This document shows, piece after piece, positions 1 to 9,035 of a DNA stretch of 32,000 nt. The notes beneath the pieces are model-generated. The model searched no databases and had not been told where the DNA came from. It worked only from the letters and a program-made list of their open reading frames with translations. Where the stretch lies: NCBI RefSeq assembly GCF_000341895.1, contig NC_020409.1:1440001-1472000 (forward strand). The letters are read 5' to 3'. The translations under genes were made by a program, and so were the position numbers. This stretch comes from Pseudodesulfovibrio piezophilus C1TLV30 (lineage in GTDB: Bacteria > Desulfobacterota > Desulfovibrionia > Desulfovibrionales > Desulfovibrionaceae). Position 1 is the stretch's first letter; each line of letters opens with the position of its first letter.

Positions 1-8
1 TGCTCAAC

Positions 9-130
9 CCCGTCAACCCTTTTCTGCAACTTTTTTTCGCCGCGTCCTGGATCAACTTCCCGCCCGGAGGCAGGAGAGGCAAGCTATGTTTTTCGCTTAC
101 GCCCGTCAACTACTTTCTCAACTTTTTTTC
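9..130. repeat. Imperfect ~30-nt direct repeat (copies at 9-38 and 102-130)
   Basis: The motif CCCGTCAAC-N3-TTTCT(G)CAACTTTTTTTC occurs twice about 93 nt apart. The copies differ by one single-base indel and a 3-nt variable block. Both lie in an ORF-free region. Confidence 0.45.
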
Positions 131-177
131 TCAGTCGAGTCTCGTGCTAACCATTCGATATTTTTAAGAAAGAGCAA

Positions 178-213
178 GCCGCCGGTTCATCCCTTCGGGC
201 TTTCCCGTGCGGC
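178..213. other. GC-rich bulged stem-loop (possible RNA structure or terminator)
   Basis: GCCGCCGG (178-185) pairs with CCG-T-GCGGC (205-213) with one bulged T. This encloses an apical CCC-TTC-GGG hairpin at 191-199. On the minus strand a U-rich run (CUUGCUCUUUCUU) follows. Confidence 0.3.
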
Positions 214-476
214 GAAGAGGAGTTCTAGGGTAAACACGTTCCACGGTCAAGCCCTTTTTGAAGTAAAATGACAACTTTTATGGCAACTTCACCCCTCGCC
301 CAGGAGAAAACCCTTTGCCCAAGCCACTTCTCCTGCTTTTATTTCACTGTGAGTTTTTCAAAACAATTATTATCTGTCCACGTCTTCACCCAATTCTTGA
401 CACATGTGGCACTTTCCTTATGCATCACATATCGTTCAAGGACACTTTGGAAGGGATCTCATTTAGTCCTTATATG

Positions 477-485
477 CCCCCCCCC
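477..485. repeat. Homopolymeric C9 tract flanked by ATATG / CATAT
   Basis: Nine consecutive C at 477-485. ATATG at 472-476 and CATAT at 485-489 are reverse complements. The tract is non-coding, 3' of the kinase gene. Confidence 0.7.
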
Positions 486-550
486 ATATTACCACGGATC
501 AAGGAATCAATTCGTCTTGAACAACCGACGTCATGAAGCGTGTCCTTAAA

Positions 551-3217
551 TCATGCGTAGCGGTTCTGGGCATATTGACCAAGAATTGACATCAAAGCTT
601 CGATGCTGACTGGCTTGACCATATAATCATTCATCCCAGCCAAAAGCATTTTTTCTTTATCCCCTCTCATGGCATATGCCGTCAAAGCGACAATAGGGAT
701 TGTTTTCTTGTTCTCCCCCACTCTCCCTTCACGAATGGCCTTGGTTGCTTCCAACCCATCCATATTGGGCATTTGAATATCCATCAATATCAGGTCAAAA
801 TCCTGCTGTCTTAGAGCGTCCAAAGCCACCACACCGTCTTCAGCTATCTCAACGATACAGTGTAAATGTTTCAAGAGACCACTTGCTGCAATGCTATTGA
901 CCCGATCATCCTCAACAAGAAGTACACGGATCCCTCGTGGTAACCGCACTTGACGGCTGTCCTCCTGTTGCGCTGTTGTTGGCTCGTCATGAACTCGAAA
1001 CGGCAAGGAAAAATGAAAACTCGTGCCAACACCGACTTCACTATCCACGAAAAGAGTCCCCCCCATGATGGAGACGAGATGCTTACAAATGGATAAGCCG
1101 AGACCTGCTCCCTGATATTGCCGCCTATATCCTTTACTGGCTTGCCGAAACGATTCAAACAAAGGTTCAATCTGCTCACAAGGAATGCCGATCCCAGTGT
1201 CGGTGACAGAAAAAAGGAAACGAGGCTCTCCAGATCGAAGCGGTGACAGCATATTCACATCCACACGAACAGACCCTTCCTGAGTAAATTTAAGTGCATT
1301 TCCAACCAGGTTATTCAAAACTTGTTGCAATCGGGCAGGATCACCGACCAAGACTTGAGGGATATTCTGATCAATAGATGTTTCAAGACCGACTTTCCTT
1401 TGTCCAAGCGGCACCTGAAAGAGTTCGATAACTTGTTTGACGACTTGGTGGAGATCAAAAGGTTCGGGGTGCAACCCTAATTTCCCCGCCTCAACGCGGG
1501 TCAGATCCATAATATCCGAGAGGAGACGGTTCAATCTTTGGGTTGATTCAAGAGCCGACCGGATATATTCGCCATTCTTTTTTTCCACACCATTCATCTC
1601 AATGAGTTGAAGCATTCCCATAATGCCATTGAGAGGGGTTCTGATTTCGTGGCTCATGTTTGCCAAAAACTCGGACTTCACCTGATTGGCCCGTTCGAGT
1701 TCCTCGTTAGCGAACATAATGGTTTCTTCAGCTTTTTTACGCTCTCCTATATCTTCAATTGTCGCTATGACAGGAGTCGGGACAGTATCATTATATATAG
1801 GGTTAAAAATTATCCTTAGAGATTGAGGACTCTCATCCTGTAAAAACGAATAGAGTCCTTCGTATACGGCAGGAGCCCCCCCCAACGCCGCAGCAATCAT
1901 CTGACTCAGCTCCGTAGAGGTGTTTTGAATTGCATTGAACCCGAGCAGCCCCTCCCGAGACTTATCCATCAACTCGACGAACGGAGCATTGCAATCCAAT
2001 ACCTCCCCACTCGCACCAAACAGAATCATGCCAAGGGGAGATTTTTCAAAGAGCACTCGATGGCGTCTTTCACTTCGTTCCAAAGCTCTTTTTGATTCTC
2101 TCAATTTGATGACCATTCCAAATTGCACCACGGTGACAAGAATCAGAAGAGCCAGACCGGCACCGGCAATGATAAACTCCGTTTGATACTGAACAAAAAC
2201 ACTCTTGCTTTTGTTCAGAACCTCGGTCCCTTCCGGCAGTAGATGGACAGATATGCCAAATTTCTGCAGAACCTTGAAATCCACAAGATATTTATTCGCC
2301 TGAGCTCCGCCAATGATCGGCACGTCCCTGATAGGGCGCCCGTTAAGTATCTCAAAGGCGAGTGTTCCCGCAATTCTGCCTTGTTCGAAGTGCGAAATAA
2401 CCTTGCCGCCCAACAGCCCCTGCCCGACGCCATGCTCCCATAGGTGGAAAACAGGAATCCGGCTCTGTTCGAGGATGAATTGACGGCTTTCGTCAAATAA
2501 TTTTCCAGCCCTGTTCTTGTCTCTGTACGCTGAAAGAAGGAGGGCAACTTCTCCAGGAACCAACCCCCGCAGTTCTTCCCCGAATTCCTTCCAACTCAAC
2601 TCCCCAAGGTTCAGGACTTTGAATTTTCGTTCCGGGAAAAGAGTTCTCAACCCATTGAATACACTCAAATCTCCCAAACCGCTGGGAGTTGAATCAACAA
2701 GCGCGTAGACAACCTTCGTCTTCGGAAGTATCCGCCAGACCATTTCCACGGTCTCCCGCATGGAAATGGATTCCACGACACCTGTCACATTTTCATCTGA
2801 ACTCAGGGAATACGCCTTCCTAACATCATTTACTCCACAAAAAACAATTGGCTGTGAAGGGAAAAGCTCACTTCTATGTTCCAAAGCGAAATGAAGTGCA
2901 GTGTCATCCGCAGTAATGATCAGATCATATGGTACTGAAGACGAGAGTTTGAATCGCAACAGATCGAGAAACCGTGCCGAGGCATCAGTTGAAAAGAACC
3001 GCTTGCTGTCCATGAACTCGACATCCACACTCACATTCTCTGAGTCAAAGACAGACTTAACCCCTGCTATCTGTTGAAAAAAAGTAGGAAAACCGGGATG
3101 ATAAGAGCTGATCATGAGAACTCTCCGCTGCTCTGCATACCCGGTGGAGGAGAAAAGCAGTATCCATGAGAGAGTCAGGAAACTCAAAAGCAGACGTATG
3201 GTAATCCGTATGATCAT
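551..3217 (-). CDS. Hybrid sensor histidine kinase / response regulator with periplasmic solute-binding-protein-like sensor domain
   Basis: 888-aa ORF.
- N-terminal TM segment, then a ~300-aa periplasmic region resembling the ABC-type substrate-binding fold.
- Second TM segment ([22 protein letters not shown]) and a PAS region.
- H-box [13 protein letters not shown].
- N/G boxes [14 protein letters not shown] and GAGLGLSI.
- C-terminal receiver domain ([23 protein letters not shown]). Confidence 0.9.
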   Translation of the reverse strand: MIIRITIRLLLSFLTLSWILLFSSTGYAEQRRVLMISSYHPGFPTFFQQIAGVKSVFDSENVSVDVEFMDSKRFFSTDASARFLDLLRFKLSSSVPYDLIITADDTALHFALEHRSELFPSQPIVFCGVNDVRKAYSLSSDENVTGVVESISMRETVEMVWRILPKTKVVYALVDSTPSGLGDLSVFNGLRTLFPERKFKVLNLGELSWKEFGEELRGLVPGEVALLLSAYRDKNRAGKLFDESRQFILEQSRIPVFHLWEHGVGQGLLGGKVISHFEQGRIAGTLAFEILNGRPIRDVPIIGGAQANKYLVDFKVLQKFGISVHLLPEGTEVLNKSKSVFVQYQTEFIIAGAGLALLILVTVVQFGMVIKLRESKRALERSERRHRVLFEKSPLGMILFGASGEVLDCNAPFVELMDKSREGLLGFNAIQNTSTELSQMIAAALGGAPAVYEGLYSFLQDESPQSLRIIFNPIYNDTVPTPVIATIEDIGERKKAEETIMFANEELERANQVKSEFLANMSHEIRTPLNGIMGMLQLIEMNGVEKKNGEYIRSALESTQRLNRLLSDIMDLTRVEAGKLGLHPEPFDLHQVVKQVIELFQVPLGQRKVGLETSIDQNIPQVLVGDPARLQQVLNNLVGNALKFTQEGSVRVDVNMLSPLRSGEPRFLFSVTDTGIGIPCEQIEPLFESFRQASKGYRRQYQGAGLGLSICKHLVSIMGGTLFVDSEVGVGTSFHFSLPFRVHDEPTTAQQEDSRQVRLPRGIRVLLVEDDRVNSIAASGLLKHLHCIVEIAEDGVVALDALRQQDFDLILMDIQMPNMDGLEATKAIREGRVGENKKTIPIVALTAYAMRGDKEKMLLAGMNDYMVKPVSIEALMSILGQYAQNRYA

Positions 3218-3452
3218 TGCACTCCTTTCCCGGCGGCCGTGCAGGAAAGCGCTTTGCCACAGGGACTATAGAGATATAACCGACTAAGGATATCTCATCC
3301 GTGGCAAAAATCAATACGGTTAGAATAACACCCTTCAAGGATGCTAAAAAAACAGCTCTGAATCGGTGAACAGCCCGAAAGGGATAAGGAAATTCAAACA
3401 GTCTTTCTGAAATGGAGATCAGAACAGCGGGTCATGCGCGCATCTCTTTCAA

Positions 3453-3662
3453 TCAGGCAAATTTCTCCTGCCCCCTGGAAAGAGGTTCATGCCGAAATCC
3501 GGCCCAACATTGCTGGCAGTAATACCGACCTGCAAGAGAGCTGGCAGCGGATGAAATATCCTCTATCGGGGTAAAGCAAACCGCACAGTGACAACTCAAT
3601 GCACCACATTCTTTGCGTTCACTTTCCGAGTACGGCTCTGATTCCATATAATATTCTTCCAT
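3453..3662 (-). CDS. Small (69 aa) four-Cys zinc-ribbon protein, function unknown
   Basis: The ATG at 3662 is preceded by AAAGGAGAGAG, a Shine-Dalgarno-like sequence, 2-3 nt upstream. The pattern CAVC-N21-CQQC is typical of a zinc ribbon, with an extra CxC just before it. The N-terminus is acidic. The ORF lies on the same strand as the kinase gene and upstream of it. Confidence 0.55.
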   Translation of the reverse strand: MEEYYMESEPYSESERKECGALSCHCAVCFTPIEDISSAASSLAGRYYCQQCWAGFRHEPLSRGQEKFA

Positions 3663-3845
3663 TGCTCTCTCCTTTTTCTCAACAGAGGACTCCTACGGAT
3701 ACCCCTTTCGAAGACGCGATGTGTGACATTACGATGACACTTGAACAACTCATCAAAAAAATCGCATAAAAACCGACATCCCTTGCCATTGTTATCTCCC
3801 ATCATGGAGCGCAAGAGTGCAGCCCCTTTCGTAAGTCTGCAAGTA

Positions 3846-3876
3846 TTGACAACTGACCGGCAACTGGTGAGTATAT
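3846..3876 (+). promoter_or_regulatory. Candidate sigma70-type promoter for the PAS-GGDEF gene
   Basis: TTGACA at 3846-3851. A 17-nt spacer leads to GAGTAT at 3869-3874, or alternatively GTATAT at 3871-3876 with a TG motif upstream. The site is about 150 nt upstream of the ATG at 4022. Confidence 0.3.
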
Positions 3877-4021
3877 CATGTGAGAAAAGATACTTTGAAA
3901 ACATCAAACAAAAGAAGGCCTGCATTTGAAGAAAAGAAATAAGACTGCCAGTGGCCGCAAGGGGCACGACGCAACGAGAAATGATGCTCAAACCCCGCCC
4001 CAATGCCGAATAGGAAAGGAA

Positions 4022-6106
4022 ATGCGTCTTGAGGATATCCCCGGTGGCCTGATTATTCTTTTTTTATCCGGTAAGATAGCCGTATGCAATCAAGCCGGAG
4101 CAACTCTTTTGGGTCGTTCTCAAGAGGAACTGTCAGGCATGGGCTTGGATGAACTGTTCCTTCAAGCAGAGGACTTCCCCCCCCTGCTGGAGGAATTGTC
4201 AAAAGGAAAGTCCCTGGAAGACCGCGAGGTCTGCTTCCAACACACTGAAAAATCCGAACACTGGTTGCGACTCAACGCTCGCCCCGGTGTTTACGAAGGA
4301 GAAGCTGCTGCTCTGCTGTCCATATTCGACATCAGCTCCCACAAGAAAACACACGAACAATTGCAACTCACGCGAGAGGAGCTTCGGCAAACACTTCGCC
4401 ACCATGCCATTGATTTGGAGCAATCGAGAGAGGCCGTGCAAGCCTTGGATTGCGAACTTTCGCAAAAGAACTGCGAACTGGACAAGGCAACCAGGGAAAA
4501 GGAAGGGAAATTTCGGGCGCTTTTCAATAACAGCCATGCCGTGATGCTCCTTCTTGATGCCGAAACCGGAGAGATCAAAGATGCCAATCCGGCTGCATCC
4601 GAATACTACGGCTATTCTCTGGACGAACTGACAACCATGACTATCGCGGAAATCAATTCCCTTTCCCCCGAAGAATTCAGGGAGGAGAAAGAGCGGGCTG
4701 AAAAACGGCAGCATCACAATTCCTTTTTCAGTCACAAGCTTGCATCTGGAGAAATTCGGAGAGTCGAAGTTTTTAGTGGACCTGTGGAATATGGGGAAAC
4801 ATCACTCACGTATTCGATTGTCCATGACATTACCGACCGGCGGCAGGCTGAAGAACAATTGCTCCGGTTCAAACGAATCATTGCTTCCACCCCAGACCTT
4901 ATCGCTCTTGTGGACAGGCAATACTATAACCGACTGGCAAATGACTCTTACCTGAAAGCCCTTGGCAAGCCCATTGAACAGGTCGTGGACAAACCCATGG
5001 AGGATGTCCTCGGCACGGACTACTTCAAAAATGAGCTTAAACCATATCTGGACAAGGCCTTTAACGGGGAAGTCGTGCAGAAAGAAAGTGTCATAACGAC
5101 ACACGTAAATACACGTATGCACCTTTCCATTACGTATCATCCCGTCTGCAATGCCAACGGTTCCATCGATTTTGTTTCCATTACAGCCAGTAATATTACA
5201 GAAAGAAAGCGTCATGAGGAAAAGCTCAAAATCTTTTCGGAAAGGCTGGCTTTGGCTACCGATGCAGGGAAGATAGGCATATGGGAATGGAACGCCCAAG
5301 ACGGCTCGATTCTCTGGGACAAAATGATGATGCATCTCTACCAGACCGATAAAAAGAAATTTGCAGGGACGTTCGATTCATGGATGGGATATATCGGCAA
5401 AGAAGATGTGGAGCCTCTCAGAAAACAACTCATGGAGTGCTTTGAAAAGGAAACCCCTTTTGATGCCGAATTCAGAATAGTCTGGCCCGATGGTGAAATT
5501 CGCCATGTCAAGGCGGCCGCGTTGGTCAAGACACAGTCCGGGATGTCCAAACGCATGATCGGAGTCAACTGGGACGTGACGACCAAACGCAGACTGGAAG
5601 AAAAACTCCGCCATATAGCCACGACAGACTCCCTGACCGGTGCCAATAATCGACGATCTTTCATGGAACGTGCCCATGAGGAAATAGCCCGCAGCAAACG
5701 CTATGGGACGCCTTTGGCTCTCCTCTCCCTGGACATAGACCTCTTCAAACGAGTCAATGACACCTATGGACACCCGGTGGGCGATATGGTTTTGCGATCA
5801 CTGGTCAAGGTCTGCCGAGAAACACTCCGGGAAACGGATATATTTTCCCGCATGGGCGGTGAAGAATTTTCCGCAATTCTGCCTGAAACAGATCTGGACT
5901 CGGCCCGTGCCACGGCCGAAAGGCTGCGGGAAGCTGTGGAAGCTGATATGGTTCATGCCGGAGCAGACACCGTCCGATATACAATAAGCATCGGGGTTTC
6001 CATACTCCAGGGAGAAAAGGACCTGCTGGACAGGCTCATGAGACGGGCGGACAAGGCTCTGTATCGAGCCAAGGAATTCGGCCGAAACCGCGTTGAAGAG
6101 GAGTAG
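4022..6106 (+). CDS. PAS/PAC-domain diguanylate cyclase (GGDEF)
   Basis: The ATG at 4022 is preceded by AGGAAAGGAA. The ORF-track TTG at 3926 gives a basic, low-complexity extension and is less likely.
- Multiple PAS/PAC modules with a coiled-coil linker.
- C-terminal GGDEF domain with GGEEF active-site motif.
- RETD I-site five residues upstream of GGEEF. Confidence 0.9.
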   Translation: MRLEDIPGGLIILFLSGKIAVCNQAGATLLGRSQEELSGMGLDELFLQAEDFPPLLEELSKGKSLEDREVCFQHTEKSEHWLRLNARPGVYEGEAAALLSIFDISSHKKTHEQLQLTREELRQTLRHHAIDLEQSREAVQALDCELSQKNCELDKATREKEGKFRALFNNSHAVMLLLDAETGEIKDANPAASEYYGYSLDELTTMTIAEINSLSPEEFREEKERAEKRQHHNSFFSHKLASGEIRRVEVFSGPVEYGETSLTYSIVHDITDRRQAEEQLLRFKRIIASTPDLIALVDRQYYNRLANDSYLKALGKPIEQVVDKPMEDVLGTDYFKNELKPYLDKAFNGEVVQKESVITTHVNTRMHLSITYHPVCNANGSIDFVSITASNITERKRHEEKLKIFSERLALATDAGKIGIWEWNAQDGSILWDKMMMHLYQTDKKKFAGTFDSWMGYIGKEDVEPLRKQLMECFEKETPFDAEFRIVWPDGEIRHVKAAALVKTQSGMSKRMIGVNWDVTTKRRLEEKLRHIATTDSLTGANNRRSFMERAHEEIARSKRYGTPLALLSLDIDLFKRVNDTYGHPVGDMVLRSLVKVCRETLRETDIFSRMGGEEFSAILPETDLDSARATAERLREAVEADMVHAGADTVRYTISIGVSILQGEKDLLDRLMRRADKALYRAKEFGRNRVEEE

Positions 6107-6125
6107 ACGTTTTCCGATTCCCCCC

Positions 6126-6154
6126 TTGACGATATGAGCCACGCCGCATATTCT
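6126..6154 (+). promoter_or_regulatory. Candidate sigma70-type promoter for the thioredoxin-reductase fusion gene
   Basis: TTGACG (6126-6131), a 17-nt spacer, then TATTCT (6149-6154). The site is about 45 nt upstream of the ATG at 6198, which has a GGAGAG Shine-Dalgarno sequence. Confidence 0.35.
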
Positions 6155-6197
6155 CCCATATTGATGGCAATTTCCTTGAACTCCAGGAGAGATTATT

Positions 6198-7886
6198 ATG
6201 AGTCCCTTATTCAAGAAAGATAAAGAAAGTGACTGGTTCCTGCCCGAGGATGTTCGCAAGCAACTGAGCAAAACCTTTGACGGTCTCAAAGGGAAAATTG
6301 TACTCGAAGTGTTCAGCAAGACCGGGGTGAATGATGAATTCTCAAGCTATATGTTCAAATTCTGCGATGATCTCGCCCGACTGACAAACAAGATCAAGGT
6401 CAAACGATTTGAAATTCCGTCCGAACGAGCCACGGAATTAGGGATTACCGCCTCTCCGACCATGTGCATCAACCCCGACGAATATCACATTCGATTCCTC
6501 GGTGCGCCAGTGGGAGAAGAAGGCAAGGCCTTTATCACCGCTATCATGCTCGTTTCTCTTAATATGCACGGGCTTTCAGAGGTCTCCATGTCTGTTCTCC
6601 AGGATCTGGATAAGGAGCGACTGGTGCAGGTTTTTGTCAGCCCGACCTGCCCGTATTGTCCCGGCCAAACCATGCATGCCATAAAATGCGCCATAGCCAA
6701 GCCCAACCTGGTTCAGGCTGAATGCGTAGAAATGAGTGAGAACCCCAAACTGACCGAGCAATTCAATATAGGGTCGGTACCGCATACTATTTTCAATGGC
6801 GGGGTCCACGACTCGCTGGGCCTGATGCCTGAAGAACGCTTCACAGTGGAATTGGTTTACCTCAAAAGTGCTGAGAACCTCCTTGAAGATGGCGACCTGC
6901 CCGGAGCCGAAGACAAAAAAGCTCCCAAACATTTCGGCACGATAGAACCTGGAGAAGTAGATCTGGTCATCATAGGAGCCGGGCCGGCCGGTCTGACCGC
7001 CGGAATCTACGCGGTCCGAGCAGGACTCAAGACCGTTGTGCTCGAAAAGAACATTGTGGGTGGCCAGGTAGCCCTGACACCTGTTGTCGAAAATTATCCA
7101 GGCTTTACCACTGTTCCCGGCAAGCAACTTATGGACATCATGGGCGAACACGCTCGTGAATATGTCCCGGTCCACGAGGGAGAAGGCGTTGAGACTATCA
7201 CCATGCCTGACCCGAAAGAAGACATGCCCATTCAAGTGACAACCAACCGTGGCGCATATTCCACTAAAGCTATCATCCTGACGACCGGAGCCGCGTACCG
7301 CCAACTCGGTGTTCCGGGGGAAACCCGTTTCTTCGGACGTGGCGTTAACTACTGTGCTTCATGTGACGGATATCTCTACAAAGGAAAATCCGTCGCCATT
7401 GTCGGCGGCGGCAACACTGCCCTGACAGATGCCCTTCACCTGAAGAATCTGGGTGTCGATGTGACCATTATTCACCGACGTGAGGAATTCCGGGCACAGA
7501 AGCCCCTTCAGGATTCTTTGGAACATGAAAAGATTCCGGTTCTCTGGAACACCGTCGTCGAAGAAATAGACGGCGATGATCGCAGGGTCCATACCCTGAA
7601 GCTTCGCAATACCAAAGATGAAACAACATCGGAACTTCCTGTGGATGGTCTCTTTGTGGCCATTGGACAGGAGGCGGCCACCGATCTTGCCAAACTGCTG
7701 GGCGTCACCTTAAAGGAAGACGGATTCGTCGAAGTCGATACCCATATGCGAACGAATATACCCAGGATATACGCTGCAGGCGACCTGACCGGCGGTCTTC
7801 AACAAATTGTCACAGCCATAGGAGAAGGCTCCATCGCAGCCATGAGTGCCTTCGAAGATATCAGTCATCCATATTGGAAAGAATAA
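6198..7886 (+). CDS. AhpF-architecture flavoprotein: N-terminal double thioredoxin/glutaredoxin-like fold fused to thioredoxin-disulfide reductase
   Basis: 562 aa.
- N-terminal about 210 aa with a CPYC redox motif (SPTCPYCPG).
- FAD-binding motif GAGPAGLTAG.
- TrxR redox centre CASC (NYCASCDG).
- NAD(P)H-binding motif GGGNTAL followed by HRREEFRA. Confidence 0.9.
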   Translation: MSPLFKKDKESDWFLPEDVRKQLSKTFDGLKGKIVLEVFSKTGVNDEFSSYMFKFCDDLARLTNKIKVKRFEIPSERATELGITASPTMCINPDEYHIRFLGAPVGEEGKAFITAIMLVSLNMHGLSEVSMSVLQDLDKERLVQVFVSPTCPYCPGQTMHAIKCAIAKPNLVQAECVEMSENPKLTEQFNIGSVPHTIFNGGVHDSLGLMPEERFTVELVYLKSAENLLEDGDLPGAEDKKAPKHFGTIEPGEVDLVIIGAGPAGLTAGIYAVRAGLKTVVLEKNIVGGQVALTPVVENYPGFTTVPGKQLMDIMGEHAREYVPVHEGEGVETITMPDPKEDMPIQVTTNRGAYSTKAIILTTGAAYRQLGVPGETRFFGRGVNYCASCDGYLYKGKSVAIVGGGNTALTDALHLKNLGVDVTIIHRREEFRAQKPLQDSLEHEKIPVLWNTVVEEIDGDDRRVHTLKLRNTKDETTSELPVDGLFVAIGQEAATDLAKLLGVTLKEDGFVEVDTHMRTNIPRIYAAGDLTGGLQQIVTAIGEGSIAAMSAFEDISHPYWKE

Positions 7887-7909
7887 TCAACTGTTAAGTC
7901 ACTTTGCAG

Positions 7910-7945
7910 GCCGCTCCGACCTTCTGAAGACGGAGCGGCTTTTTT
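7910..7945 (+). terminator. Rho-independent terminator after the TrxR-fusion gene
   Basis: A perfect 9-bp stem, GCCGCTCCG (7910-7918) with CGGAGCGGC (7931-7939), a 12-nt loop, then T6. Confidence 0.8.
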
Positions 7946-7956
7946 ATGCTCTTGGG

Positions 7957-8988
7957 ATGCCTCTCATAAAAAAAGGAAAAGAAGCGAATGAGGCCATTAA
8001 AATAATCGAGAAGATGGATGAAACAAAGTACTCTTGCTGTATGTCTCCTCCCATGAAATATCCCCTCCCCGGCTACTGTCGGATTGAGAACGACTCCACC
8101 TATCGCGCCAAATATCTGGAGGAAAACTGGCTTGAGCGATACGGAAGCCACCTGACACATTATACCTCCATGAAAGGATTGGTGGGAATCATTCAGTCCG
8201 GTGGATTCTGGCTTTCCGATCACCGCTTTCTCAATGATTCCGAAGAATATCACAACGGCCGAAAACTTGTTCTATCCATTATATCCAGGCTCTTGGACAA
8301 AAAACGACATTCCCACTTTCATCCGGTGCTGATCAAAACAGCGAGCCTGCTGGAATATGAACAGGAACCGCCACAGTATATGTGCTCCTTTTCCGTCAAG
8401 CCGGACAGCCTGGACCAGTGGCGTGCATATGCGCCAGGACAACAGGGCGTTGCCATGACTTTTGAAAATCACCCCAGAGATGGACAAAGCCACTTCATCA
8501 TTCCGCACATCATGCAGATGTACCGCATAATATACTGTGACGATGTCAAAACCATGATGCTAGTGAGGACTCTGGCCAAATATTCCAAAGAATGTGCCAA
8601 GGATAGGGAAAACGGATTGGAAACAGAGGTCGATCAGTGGGCGCACTGGCTGGCCAACGCCCTAGCCTTGGAATTCATCACCTTCAAACACGCTGCCTAT
8701 GAGTCGGAGGCCGAGACTCGTATGGTCGTGCCCAGTTGCAGTACGGACTTTTCCAGGAAGGTACATCATCGGGTGACAAAGAACCGCATCGTCCCTTATC
8801 TGCTCTCCACGGATCTTTACAAAGACCGCTTGGAAAAGGATACCGTTCCGCTGCTCCCCATTACTGAAATACGAGTCGGCCCGACAGCCAGCCAATTGGT
8901 CACCATGAGAAGTATAGAGGAATTCCTGAATCAGACCGGGTATGGACATGTTCCTGTTGTGGAATCAACCATCCCTTTCCGAGAATAA
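7957..8988 (+). CDS. DUF2971-family protein (function unknown)
   Basis: Motifs characteristic of DUF2971: LTHYTSMKGLVGIIQSGGFWLSDHRFLNDSEEY, then CSFS..DSLDQWRAYA..GVAMTF, then FKHAAYESEAETR. The start is set at the first ATG after the terminator (7957), and the ATG at 8014 is an alternative. The ORF-track start at 7846 overlaps the upstream gene and the terminator. Confidence 0.8.
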   Translation: MPLIKKGKEANEAIKIIEKMDETKYSCCMSPPMKYPLPGYCRIENDSTYRAKYLEENWLERYGSHLTHYTSMKGLVGIIQSGGFWLSDHRFLNDSEEYHNGRKLVLSIISRLLDKKRHSHFHPVLIKTASLLEYEQEPPQYMCSFSVKPDSLDQWRAYAPGQQGVAMTFENHPRDGQSHFIIPHIMQMYRIIYCDDVKTMMLVRTLAKYSKECAKDRENGLETEVDQWAHWLANALALEFITFKHAAYESEAETRMVVPSCSTDFSRKVHHRVTKNRIVPYLLSTDLYKDRLEKDTVPLLPITEIRVGPTASQLVTMRSIEEFLNQTGYGHVPVVESTIPFRE

Positions 8989-9035
8989 CCTTTTCCCGTC
9001 ATTTGCCCGCCCCTCTCTCGATCAGTCAAAATTTA

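Noticed and set aside
407-425. TGGCAC...TTATGCA, which resembles a sigma54 -24/-12 promoter. It also overlaps a TTGACA at 397-402.
   Set aside because: The GG-to-GC spacing is 2 nt longer than the strict sigma54 consensus (TGGCAC-N5-TTGC). No gene lies downstream on the plus strand within the ORF-free region. Similar near-misses at about 19955-19970 and 31376-31395 also have the wrong spacing.
86-549. Three plus-strand ORFs (61, 93 and 73 aa) in the first 550 bp.
   Set aside because: Their composition is not protein-like (Phe/Ser/Leu/Cys/His-rich strings). They have no Shine-Dalgarno sequence and their frames overlap one another. I treated the region as non-coding.
3926-4021. ORF-track N-terminal extensions, such as TTG 3926 for the cyclase. 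Similar extensions occur at 7846, 9631, 10199, 11364, 16540, 24096, 27334 and 29973.
   Set aside because: In each case an internal start has a proper Shine-Dalgarno sequence, begins a signal peptide, or begins the conserved domain. The extensions overlap terminators, operators, promoters or neighbouring genes.
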